Origin: Paragordius varius
Lineage: Eukaryota; Animalia; Nematomorpha
Length of the DNA stretch: 64,000 bases
Direction of reading: 5' to 3'
NCBI GenBank assembly: GCA_964247055.1
Contig: OZ176054.1
Location: 13,454,001 to 13,518,000 of the forward strand
Position numbers and translations under genes: made by a program. Shown here one piece after another: positions 36,101 to 47,945 of the stretch (its first letter is position 1; every line of letters starts with the position of its first letter). The notes under the pieces are model-generated. The model was not told the DNA's origin and searched no databases. It saw only the letters and a list, made by a program, of their open reading frames with translations.

Positions 36101-39100
36101 CTGTAAATGGTATATATGATTAAAAAATGTTCTACTTTAGCTAATCTTTCGATTTTTTTGTGGTTTTAGCTTGTTTGATAAAAATAAGTCCAGTTTAATT
36201 TATTCCGTAGCTCATAAAAATAATGTTTTTAGGTTTGTGAAACAAATACATTTTCGCACGTATTTAATGAATTAACTGCCCTTTGCGGTTGAAACGCCAA
36301 GTCAACACTAAGGACAGCACTTTTCTTTAGCCATATATAGAGGTATGAAATCGTTTTTATTTCACAGAATTGTTTATTTTTGACAATTCTTAAGCGATTC
36401 CTTGGCTAGAATGACATAAAATTCAAACAGCTGTTCTAAACCACCAAAATGATATTGGCTATAAAAGTATTTTAAATTATAAAAACATGGATGGACGAGA
36501 CTGACCTCAATTGTAAAAAAACATGATAAATGAGATCTAAAACAGAAATAGAGTTTTTTACAATGTGTGTGCAATAAAGGTTTAAAATTTCCGGGATATC
36601 ATTCAAAAAACATAGAAAAAGATGATAAAAATCCATTTCATATAAAAGGATTTGAATTTACTTTATTTTAAATGAGGGTTATAAAACATAACTAAATTTT
36701 TACCATTCCCCGAAGGTCAGGATCAGAAAAGGGTGATCGATTTCCAGTAAAATCTGGCCAGATATGAATGTGACGAGTCACATCTACAATTGTCTGGCTG
36801 TTTGTGGAATCAAAAAGCAAAGGTCCGATATTAGAACAATCTAGAACAATATATGTATATTAATGTTGGTTGGGCTATTGGGAATACACTCGCGTATGAT
36901 ATAAAACGAATGTTCTCCATGATTAAATAAAATTTAATGTTGTAAGGAGTAGGAAAAAAATGTAATTTCAGCCATTAGTACTTTTTTACACATATGCTAC
37001 TGTGTTGCCAATTTTACTAGTAATATATTATCCGTTTTTTACAAAAGTGAAAAATTATTTACATTTAAGTTCATAAACAGCGCAAAACTTAATTATATAA
37101 TGAAAACTAAAGTGTTAAAGCTTAAAATATTTTAAACCAATAGAGGTTTGGTTAGGTAGAAATTGTTTGATAATCGATTTTAATATTAAAATTCTCTCCG
37201 TTTTTCAAAAGTGAAACTTATTCGCATACAAGTTCATAAACAGCGCAAAACCTAATTATATAATGAAAAGTAAAGTGTTAAAGCTTAAAATATTTTAAAC
37301 CGATAGAGGTTTGATGAGGTAGAAATTGTTTGATAATCAATTTCTCTATCCGAGAATGGTAATTTTCCATGTTATGATTCGTGCTAACTAATTCAGAATT
37401 AGGATTAATAGATTGATTCGTATATTTATCATCATCAACATTCCCACAAGAAGGAGTCATTGAAAGAAATTGTTTGAAAAGAACATCAAAACTTTTTCCA
37501 GCAAAAGTTTGGCCTCCTTCGTGCGTGTAAAAACCCGTAAAAATAGCTGAGTAATATGGACCTACACCAAAAGTAAATATAAACATTTTTATAAAAGGAG
37601 TTTTTAGCCTATTCGAATATATAAAATATATCCATTTGTATTAAATACTTTTTAAACTACTTTAATATATCGCATTGACTGGTCATTTAAACGAATTTTT
37701 TTGTAAGTTAATATGATATGATATGATATTACTATACCTACAACAAAAATCAAATTTATCTTTATAAGTCTTCCACTTAAAATTAACAGTAAAAACTAAA
37801 ATTATACGGACAAAACGTAAAAATATAAAGACAAATATTTTTTTCTAAAAGACAACCATACTTTATAAATCTAGAATCATATCAATATAAAAATTGTTTA
37901 AAATGGCAAAGTGTGAAATGGAGATATATAGTCTTAAAACAATCAATTCTTTATTTTACAATTATAACTAAATGGTTTATAAGAGAAAAATTAATGTTTT
38001 ATAAGTATGGCTCTCTTTTAGAAAAAAATATTTGTCTTCATATTTTCACGTTTTGTCCGTATAATTTCAATTTTTACCTATTAACTTATCCAATATAACA
38101 ACATCATAAATATTTTCACAAAAATTAACCCCCCTCATATATGATATAATGATTAAACCACATAATATTGCGTAAAGGATGTAAAAACCGACTGACCCCA
38201 TATGCCTTCAACAAATGCAGCATTTTGTTGAGATATTAACAAACAATTCGAAGTTCCAGTCATAAGAACCAAAGTATGTGGTATCCTTGAATCTGAATGA
38301 ATTAAACAAAAAAGCAAACTGTTTCGTTAAAAATGTCTCTTCTATGGCAAACAAAGCATATAATTTGATTAAAATAATAATTGAATTAATAAAGGGCGCT
38401 CATAGTTTTTCGGTTTTCTATAAATTGAGTTATTACTACAGTATAGATATGTTAAACTTATTTGTTGATGATATAATTAACTTATGGTTTCCAATTCAAA
38501 TTCACACTTAAACAATTCAAACAACACCCTAAATATAAACTATGTGTTTTCGGGTTAAAACTCATTATTATTATGAAATATATCTTTATGGCATAATTTG
38601 TTATTTTTTCAATATTATATTAATTTTAAACAACATTTTATTTTTTTAAGAAATACAAGAATAATATAGGTAATTTTTAATCCTAAAAACTACATAGTTT
38701 ATTTAGGGTGAATTTGAATTGTTCAAGGGTGAATTTGAAGTGTAAATGGTATATATAATTATTAATCAACGAACAATACAATCAAGAAATCTAAAAAATA
38801 CCAAAAAATTACGTTTTTTTCTATTCAATTTTACGAAAATGTATTCATATATTTTACCAATACTCGCTTTAGAATCCACTGCGGTATCTTTAGAATTTCG
38901 TGAACAAATATTTGAAGTAAGTAATCCAATAGATCCAGCATGTGCATCTATCATAGAAGGACCAACTATCAAAGCATTTTGCATTAATGCATTCGAAAGC
39001 AATATTTCATATTCATTTTCATTTCTAATTCAAAAGTAATGTGCTTATACTGTATATAATAAATGTGATAATATTCTTATATTCTAAAAATGCTAAAATT

Positions 39101-39262
39101 ACAGTAAAAATGAAATTATACGGACAAAACAGGTAAAAATATAAAGACAAATATATTTGATTCTAAATGACAATAAAACTTTTTAAATCTTGATTTATAC
39201 GATTACAAATAATTGTTTGAAACTGCAAGTATGAAATAGAGATGTATATCGTAATAAGATTA

Positions 39263-39307
<45 letters not shown>

Positions 39308-42300
39308 CTTTAATTACACTGGACAACAAATTTTTATGCCAATCGAGTTTTTTGCATTTTCTGATATTTAGTATCATTTTAACAGTAAATCTGAAATGAA
39401 AATTATAACTCGTTGGAAGAATTTGTATAATTTGATTTTTTAGATTATGCGCCCTCTTTAAATTTTACTAAAAAATGTTTTTCTTTGAAAATATACAAGA
39501 AATGCCCATTTGTAATATATCATTCGAAAGAGTATTAAAAAATCTATAAAATGCATACTAATATGTATTACATCGACAGTTAATATTGGAGAGCGACAAA
39601 CACGCGAAGCGAGAGCATTTTTTTTAATTATTATATTTTTAAAACTAATGGATGAAAATAGCTCACACTTTGTTTAGATGGTGATGAATGTCCAAAAAAG
39701 ATAACACAAGAAAGTTTTTTTGATTAAAACATTTTTTTATTGCTTTTATATCACTCAAAACAGCTATTTTTAAGTTTTTTGTTTTTTGAAAATTACCATC
39801 TCATCAATATTAATTTATTTTCTTTGCGAGGCTACTAATTTCAAAATTGTAAGGATGAAAATAAAGTTTAAGGTATTTTTGATCTTTTATAGCATGTAAT
39901 TAATTTACAGTTATAACTATGCATTTTAGTATCCACTAGGTAAAATAATTATGATATTAATAATTTTTATTAAAAAAGCAAACCAAAAGCTTTTTCAAAC
40001 ATTTTTAAATTAAATACTAATATAACCCTTATAATTATATTAAAATAATATATATGATTTTCAAATTAGTTTGTCTGTGAAAATTCTTGACTTATTTAAG
40101 GATTGAAAATTTCGACCATTTAAATCCAAATAACTTTTACATCCGATTGATTTAAATGATTAACTACCATTTAAAAGATGCAGTTTTTTGCGCTCTTTCG
40201 AATGATATAAAATACATGGCTTCATATCTAAAACTTTAAAGTTTCGAAATTTCGAGTTTAATGTTAAATCGGGGCCAAAAATTATCGATAAACTCTTATA
40301 TAAAAAAATTCTTGCATGCTAGACCAATTTTCTTTTCAGATATACTAATTATGTACTTTAATGAAATAAATTTTAAATTTACAAGAATGGCAGTTAAAAA
40401 AAGTTAAAATTTGTTGTCTAGTGTTATTTATTTATAAGGGAAATAAGGTCAAAAAGTATGTTTGTCTTCTTTTAAAAAAATATTTGTCTTTATATTTTTA
40501 CTCTAATATTTATCTGGAAAAGGATAAATAGAGGGAGCCTTAAAAAAATAAAAAGTATTCTAATGTGTGTGTTTTCATACGTAAAAGTTAAAGGTCCCTC
40601 AACCCCATCTAAGAAATAAGGTTTTTGCCCAAAATGTAAGGCATTCCTTTCTGATAATTCAGGCAATCCTATAAAAATATCAACCATTGTTCATAAAATG
40701 ATATTATAGTAAAAATTATGCGGGCAAATTGTAAAAACATAAAGACAAATATTTTTTTTCTAAAAAAACACTTTTTTACCTCAATTTTTTAATATAACTC
40801 ATTGATTGCAATTTATAAAATTGATATGTATATTGGTGACACAATCAATTCTATATATAACAATAGTAATTAAATAGCTTATATGGAAAAAATTAAGGTT
40901 TGAAAAAGTATGGTTGTCTTCTTTTAAAAAAATATTTGTCTTTATATTTTTACTCTAATATTTATCTGGAAAAGGATAAATAGAGGGAGCCTTAAAAAAA
41001 TAAAAAGTATTCTAATGTGTGTGTTTTCATACGTAAAAGTTAAAGGTCCCTCAACCCCATCTAAGAAATAAGGTTTTTGCCCAAAATTTAAACCATGATT
41101 TTCGCCATCATTCCTTTTTGAAAATTCCGGCAATCCTATAAAAAAATCAACCATTGTTTAAAAAATGATATTACAGTAAAAATTATGCGGGCAACATGTA
41201 AAAACATAAAGACAAATATTTTTTTTCTAAAAAAAAATTATACTTTTTTTAACTCATTTTTTTAAAATACTCATTGTTTCAAATTGCAATTTGTAAAATT
41301 AATATGTATATTGGGGACACAATCAATTCTATTTATATACGTAATTAAATAGCTTATATAAAAAAATTTAATGTTTAAAAAGTATGGTTGTCTTTTAGAA
41401 AAAAATTTTTGCCTTTTTACTTTAACGTTCTGTCCGTATAATTTAAATTTTTACTGCAAGATAATAAATTAACCATAAATACCAATTTTGGTGTAAAATT
41501 CGCCTGGCCATTCACCCAGCAGTGCTATATTTCCCAGAAATATATTTTAGTTTAAAATTGTCCTTTATTTCAATATAAAATACTTATCAAATGATAGAAA
41601 AATGATATAAAATTATACTATTTTTCGTGGTTTGAATGAATTGATAATTCCACTTGCAAACGGAAGTACAAACGGATCTATTATAGGGCATAAACATAAG
41701 TTTATAAGTTTTTTAAGAAGACTATATTAATTATTATATATTATATAGGTAATAAGGTCTCTTTCGCCACTAGAAAATCCATTGATTGTGAAATATATAC
41801 ACCATTTACAGTTCAAATTCACCCTTGAACAATTCGAATTCATCCTTGAACAATTCAAATTCACCCTAAAAATAAATTATGTGTTTACGAACTAATATAA
41901 CTCATTATTAATATAAAATATATCTTTATCGCATAATTTATTATTTTTTCAATATTATTTTAATTTAAAACAAAATTATATTTTTTATAAATATACTAAA
42001 ATATAGGTAATTTTAATTCTTAAAATATAGGTAATTTTAAATCTTAAAAAACATGTTATTTTATTTATTTGAGGGTGAATTTGAATTGTTCGAGGGTGAG
42101 TATGAATTGTTCAAGAGTGAATTTGAATTGTTTAAGGGTGAATTTGAATTGTAAATGGTATATATAGGTTAGAATAATGAATTCCTTTTATTTACAGTAA
42201 AATTGAAATTATATGGAGAAAACCTAAAAGTATAACAAAAATATTTTTTTCTAAAAGACAGCCACACTTTTTTTAATCTTAGATTTTTAAAATTTAATAA

Positions 42301-44042
42301 TTGTTTAAAATGTAAAATATGAGAAATATATATTCACTTGTCTTTTAGAAAAAAATATTTGTCTCTATATTTTTACATTTTGTCCGTATAATTTTAGTTT
42401 TTATTGTATATGTACAAAATGTATTTTTTGGTTAAAAATTTTCTTCCTTGTTGTAAATTAATAAATTCTGTTCTATATATCTATCGATTTTAAAAAACAA
42501 TTTTTGCTCTTGTTTCTATATCATTAAGTTTAGGCAAAATTTTAAATAATTATCGGTCTACTGCTTTATTAAAAATTTGTTAACATATGATATCAAACAT
42601 AAATTACATATTTTTATATGTGCAGATTTTAAGTAAATTTTATATGAGAGAATGGGTTTTTTAATATATTTGCGTCTAAAAACTTGAAAAATGTATTTTA
42701 TCGAGTCATTAAATATACATAAATAAGGGTATGAAACTCTTTTAACGCGGAAAAAAACGATTATAGATGCGTCATGGTTATCGATTATCAGATTTTTATT
42801 TAGTTACAGATTATTTGATTGTAAATATTTAGATTAGCGGTAAGACCGGTTAGAATATGCGAGTTAATTAATCCAACTCTAGATAGATATTATAAATAAG
42901 GGTAGGGGGTTATATATTGGAAAGATGTATCAATAAAAAAGCATACCTAGTTAAAATGCCTGTGGCTTTATAACGCATAAAATCGGCAAGATCCATCATC
43001 ATTCCAATATCTTTCCATTTGATTAAATTCTAATAGACATTCAAAACAAAGTTGCATAATTACCGTAAAATTACAGTAAAAAATGAAATTATTTTAAAAA
43101 ATTCCAATATTTTTAAACCTTGATTTTTAGAAAAAAATATATAAATAGTTTTGAATCGACAAGGAAAATAAGTTGCTTAAACACGAAATTATATGAGTAA
43201 GTAAATATTGCTAGAAAGTTATTAATTATTGCCAAATAGCATAGAATATGCAACAAAGAGAATTATTGGCTAATAATAGTAAAAAGTGAAAAAAATAACT
43301 ATAAGCCAATAATACTGCCCCCTTTATTGTATATGCTATTTGGCTATATATAATAACTTTCTTAGCAATATCTACTGACTCATACTATTTAACAAATACT
43401 GTTTTAACGTTGTTTTATCTGTATAACATCAAACTCCACTGTATTAAAATTGTGATAAAAGCATAAAAACATTTAATAATTATTTTTTCCACTAGAAAAA
43501 ATATAAATCCTACAAATATTTGGAAAGGATACGCGTTTTAGCCAAAGCAACTTGGGAATTTGCATTTCCAAAGAAATTTTGCCCCCTAAAGAGCGCAAGA
43601 CTTCATCATTGCAACAAACAGAATTTATGTAATAAGCTTCCTGATCAGCTCTATGATCCATCCACATGATTATATTATATATTTCTTCATCAGTGTTCAG
43701 GCTGTTGATTTGATTGAAAGCATTTATAGGATTAGATTGGTGATCTAAAATTACTAATGAGCAGGTAGACGCAAATGAAATTGATTTTATACAATTGGAA
43801 TTTACATTCTGTAACATCTCCTAGATTTCAAAAGTATTGAGGAAATAATGTACTTTAAAGGCATCAATAAAGGACAACCATATATTATCGGATGATTGCA
43901 TATAGATATTAGAATTTGGGCTAAATATCTTGAGTGGCCTTACTGTTTTATAAATCAATTGGCCATAAAAATCAAAAACACCAATCCTTATGCTGCCTGA
44001 TCCAACATCAACTCCAATATGATAATCTAACAAGGGATTCAT
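33142..44042 (-). CDS. FGGY: FGGY carbohydrate kinase domain-containing protein (D-ribulokinase-like)
   Basis: Phase-consistent exons: 44042-43854, 43820-43533, 43029-42947, 41677-41619, 41524-41483, [41135-41033 or 40668-40581], 39024-38858, 38292-38197, 37561-37301, 36783-36704, 34549-34467, 34090-33978, 33494-33376, 33291-33142 (TAG). Motifs: IGVDVGSGSIR, ASTCSLV, IIMWMDHRA, SLEMQIPKLLWLK, DLADF, SVCKW, MIDAHAG, MTGTSNC, GIWGPY, HEGGQ, IWPDFTGNRSP, GGGLCHN, LGIALMG. Confidence 0.95.
33527..33814. mobile_element. MITE family A (in FGGY intron)
   Basis: TA-flanked TIRs; another copy lies at about 34138-34400 in the next intron. Confidence 0.88.
34717..36110. mobile_element. Foldback MITE family B split by a nested element
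   Basis: The left arm and body (34717-34880) match 12840-13060, and the right arm (36030-36110) matches 13100-13220. Confidence 0.75.
34884..36018. mobile_element. CACT-ended element with TAA target duplication (diverged relative of family D), carrying a coding-like block
   Basis: TAA|CACTAGTCGACAAATTT...CCTTGTTGAGCAGTG|TAA. The right subterminal TATCAGAAAAT.CAAAAA motif is shared with 24770-24826. Confidence 0.7.
37035..37345. repeat. About 164-bp tandem duplication covering a FGGY exon end and donor
   Basis: AAAAGTGAAA...AGTTCATAAACAGCGCAAAAC...GGTAGAAATTGTTTGATAATC occurs twice. Confidence 0.85.
37787..38077. mobile_element. MITE family A (in FGGY intron)
   Basis: Full inverted arms. 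Confidence 0.88.
38491..38749. mobile_element. Foldback MITE family B
   Basis: Short arms of 21-bp units; ends TGTAAATGG|TATA. Confidence 0.8.
39102..40510. mobile_element. MITE family A split by (TA)n and by family D copy 2
   Basis: Left half at 39102-39270, TA run at about 39268-39300, right half resumes at about 40440. Confidence 0.7.
39317..40423. mobile_element. Family D element, copy 2 (inverted relative to copy 1)
   Basis: TTA|CACTGGACAACAAATTTT...AAATTTGTTGTCTAGTG|TTA; reverse complement of 23706-24826 along its length. Confidence 0.9.
40581..40668 (-). CDS. FGGY: FGGY alternative exon 6B (88 nt, phase 1 to 2)
   Basis: TTTTATAG|GA TTG CCT GAA...ACT TTT AC|GTATGA encodes LPELSERNALHFGQKPYFLDGVEGPLTFT. 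Confidence 0.75.
41033..41135 (-). CDS. FGGY: FGGY alternative exon 6A (103 nt, phase 1 to 2)
   Basis: TTTTATAG|GA TTG CCG GAA...ACT TTT AC|GTATGA encodes LPEFSKRNDGENHGLNFGQKPYFLDGVEGPLTFT. Confidence 0.75.
41802..42158. mobile_element. Foldback MITE family B
   Basis: CCATTTACAGTTCAAATTCACCC...GAATTGTAAATGG|TATA; the two arms have unequal numbers of 21-bp units. Confidence 0.88.
42195..42406. mobile_element. MITE family A (internally deleted)
   Basis: TA-flanked arms with a shortened body. Confidence 0.8.
43191..43387. mobile_element. MITE family C
   Basis: TIR ATGAGTAAGT...TTGCTAGAAAGTTATTAATTATTGCCAAA; homolog at 50474-50660. Confidence 0.75.
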
Positions 44043-44794
44043 TAAATTTCCAAGTCAAAAATTGAATTTAAATAACCCATATGTGACAATGACAATAAAT
44101 AAATTTCGATGGTGAGTGTAATAATTAATTTTGAGGTAAATATTTACCCTATAATATTTAAGCCAAGAATTAATTGAGTATAGACAAAACGTAAAATTAT
44201 ATATATACATAGATACATTCGAAAATTTTATATTTTTTCATACGATGGGTTCCAGAGTTGAAAATTGGGATAGCTTTATAAAATTTGATGTTAAGAGTGA
44301 GTCAGAATATTTGCATATATGATTTTAAGAAAATGTTTCCAAAAGTTTGTGTGTTAAGTCTTTTAAGAAAATCAATCACCCCAGTATAAATTTAACCAAA
44401 TCTACTAATATTAAAAGTAGGATGGTTTCACCTTGAATTACAAGCTTCCGCAGGCTCCAAAATACTTTAATTGTCAAACTTTTTTAAAATGCGTTAGTTT
44501 TCTTAAAAATGATAAATTTGGGGAATATGAGGTGATTTTATTAAAATAATCAATTAAAAAATGTTCGCATAGCGTGAAGTGCAATGACATATTTCATAAT
44601 GGAAACCATAAAACACGCTATTGCATTTTTTCAAATTAATATATTTCGATTGAAAATATTTATTACCTTAGATTTGTGAAAAGATTTTGGCTTCTTTCTA
44701 GAATATCATAATCATGAAAATCAAGACATAAACCTAACTAATATTTTAAACTAAATTTTGGACAGATCACTTTAGCGGCAGAAAAATATTTATA

Positions 44795-44862
44795 GCAGCG
44801 ATACTTAAGCGGCAGCCCACAAGCCGCATGCGGCCCTTAAAGTTCTTTTTATGCCCCTGAAA
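44795..44862. mobile_element. hAT-type MITE 5' end
   Basis: CAGCGATACTTAAGCGGCAGCCCACAAGCCGCATGCGGCCC. Confidence 0.5.
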
Positions 44863-46200
44863 TACATAATTTTTGATTTTTAGAGTGCGAATATTTATTT
44901 ATTTTTCAGTATTTTAAAATGCGTTTAATTTGGTAATTTCTTAATAGAAATTAAATTAATCTTAAAATAATACTGCCTCGGTTTTAATAAATGCATCTGT
45001 ATATGATTCCAGGTAGGATTTGAAAAAAGTCGCAAAGGATAGGGTAAGATGAATAGCAAGTTATGTCAAATAAATATTAAATAAAATCTATAGTTATCCT
45101 GATTATTTTGTTTCAACTCACATCGGCATAACTATTATATTAAGACACATAGGATACGGACTTTAGAGACTGTTATAATAGCGACATTATCAAAAAATAT
45201 TGGTCAATTTTAAAACTTATCCATTTTGTCGAAGATTTTACAATATTTTTGTACATAACCCTCAAAAACAAAGTTGTTGTACTCATCTAGTTTATAAATG
45301 CCCGCGTATGAAGCTATGCAATATTTGTCGGCACTGTGCTCTGGCCTTTTATACAAAAAACATTTTACATGTCCCATCAAAATTTTTGGTTAGTGCACTG
45401 TCTTAAATTGTTTTCAGTTTCAGCTATGCTTAAAATTACCAAAAATAATGATGCAAAATTTGGCTTTTATTCGATTATTAACACTTCGATTCAAACAGGG
45501 GGTCTAGAGAATCCAAACTATATTTATATTGTTTTAAAACCACTGAAGAAAACGGTTGGATACAAATTTTTGCTTGTAAACTAATAAAAAATCGAAATAT
45601 ATAAATAAAATTTAATAAAAGTATCATATAAAACTACTTCGAGGCTATATTTGTTTCACAATATTTTTGCAAAACAGCCTGTAAATTCGATTATAACGCT
45701 AAAATTTAAGCTAATTTTTATTTGACATCTAAATTTATTATTTTATATTTGGCTAATGCATACATGTTATATTGACTAAATTTTAACTTGAGGTTGATCC
45801 ATAAAATAATTAATATCGGGTTATTAAATTAATCTTTTCGTATTTCTATGCATAAACTTATAGTACAAACTTTTGTAATGTAAATTTTAATCAAAGTAAT
45901 TATATTTTCAATATTCTTATAATTACTTAAATTCTTAATTCCGCTTTTTCCTTAGTTTTAAATACCCCAATTTAGATGGGTCCAAAGATTTCACATTTCA
46001 AACCCACGCTTAAATAAAATTTATGCTTTCTCTTTATAAAATTTAATTTTCTTTAAAATAAAGCACTTATATTACAATATTTATTGGATAAAGCACACAT
46101 TTTCAAAACTGACCCCCTTACTAACTACATTCGTTAATATCGACTGTAAATTAAAATATTTATATTAATGGTATGGCAGAATATAGGTTTGCATATATGG

Positions 46201-47945
46201 TTAATTAGCTTTTTTATTTCGTTTATCTCTTTCGTGAACATCATCATATTCGGCAACATCTTCATCGTTTGCAGTTAGATCTGAATCAGATTTCCTGCCT
46301 TCATCCGAATTCCTTCTATTATCATCACGGTTGTATTCCTCATCATCTAAATGAGAAAATAAAATAAAAACTTACCGATAACTGTAATGCACGTAAGCAC
46401 TTTTGTGGGTAACATCCGCTTTAAAAAGATTTAAGGTTCTTTTTTAAAAAACTTGGTTTTTACGGGGTTATACAGTAAAAATTGAAATTATACAGAAAAA
46501 AATATAAAGACAATTTTTTTTAAATGACAACCCTACTTTTACACCTTAAATATTCCTATTAAGATCATTTTTTAACAATCATAAAATATGTAATTGATTG
46601 TTTCACCAATATACATGTCTATTTTATACGTACAAAACAATAAATTTTATATAAAAAAAGCAAGACTAAAAAGTATGTTTGTATTATAGAAAAAAAATTT
46701 TGTTTATAAAGTTTTGTCCGTATAATTACAATGTTTATTGTATGTTAAGAGACTAATATATTCTTATTTGGAATAGTAAATAAAAAATCAACACATCTTT
46801 CAATCAAATACTTTGTTCCATTTTTTATTATAAGTAATCTTATTATCTGTAAATAAAAACGGTAGGTATAACAGGCGTGTATGGCTAAAACGATATCGAA
46901 AAACTCTCTAAATTTGTAAGAAACCAGTGATAAAATTAATACCCCTTCTATCTGCCTCTATTTCATCATGATCATGGTGATCCCTCGGATTTTTTCTAGA
47001 ATCATAATCACGGTCCTGAGAATTATTGGAAGAGTGATCATTTTCTTCTTTGCTTGAATCTTTTGAATCTCTATCACGTTCTCTTTCAATAATCTCATTC
47101 TTGCGGTCTTCCCTATCTATATATTTTTGCCAAAATGGCGGTGGTTTCTTTTCTCTCTCACTACTATTTCTGGTGACACCATCAATTTTTCTTTTATTAT
47201 CTGTTGATAAAAATTTACGTATTTCATGAATTAATAAACTAGAATTTATTTCATTTCTGTTGGGTTGGATCTCGACAGGATTAGAAATGTGACCATGTTT
47301 TACTGCGCTTTCCTTTATGTTGGCTATGATATCTGTATCTTTCCTTAGATTTTTATTACGGTTATTTAACTCGCTAAGAACTGTAAGTAGGCGTTGAGCA
47401 AACCCTTCTATAAATAAATTAAATTGATAATAAGTGGGCATTGGTATATTGTTTAGGAAGGATTTCCAAATTTTTATTCTAAATTAACAAATTTTCTTAG
47501 ACTTTTTCAAAAAAATATTTAACAAACCATGTTGCAAGGGTGTGGATTGCCCTTCGGTCGTAATGTTCCTAAAACCAAAAATGTATGTTTTTGTCTCATT
47601 CTTAGCTTCCCCCGGATATTCAGATACTTTGGCTAGAGTTTTTTCCAGTGAGTTTTTTGAGCCATTTAGATTTTTCTTATTAGGCTTGTGTTTAACACTT
47701 TTATTCGTGTAGTAATGATGATTATTCACAACGTGTACCAATAATTTTGCATCTACCGTGGCTTGAATTTCATTATTATAGTATATTATGTTGGTTGATG
47801 CGTTACGACCCAATAAGGTATCAGGACTACCGGATATTTTTAGTTTTCGCCCATTTGCGTAAAAGATTTCTTCCACAGCTCCATTGCAAATCAAATTAAA
47901 AATGTGCCCCCATATTAATAAAAATTCTAAAGACAATGTTTTCAT
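46201..47945 (-). CDS. Secreted orphan protein (348 aa) with a highly charged D/E/R/K-rich low-complexity C-terminal half
   Basis: Exons 47945-47528, 47407-46925 and 46346-46201 (TAA) are joined by phase-1 GT-AG introns and total 1047 nt. Hydrophobic N-terminus MKTLSLEFLLIWGHIFNLICNG. Confidence 0.8.
46473..46740. mobile_element. MITE family A (intronic)
   Basis: TA-flanked arms; a degenerate copy lies at about 48061-48205. Confidence 0.85.

Larger units (their letters stand above)
40447..41400. repeat. About 460-bp tandem duplication (exon plus flanking MITE parts)
   Basis: 40447-40905 and 40905-41400 are near-identical; the breakpoints lie within family A MITE sequence (copies at about 40707-40955 and 41174-41456). 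Confidence 0.9.

Noticed and set aside
36240-36574. Extra FGGY exons around 36240-36540 (LEQLFEFY, AVLSVDLAF)
   Set aside because: Phases do not fit, and the exon at 34549-34467 (IIGMDV...ALYIALMQALAMGVR) supplies this region cleanly.
45200-45406. Cys-rich ORF as a piggyBac C-terminal domain
   Set aside because: The Cys spacing does not match convincingly, and no TTAA-bounded ends or DDD core were found nearby.
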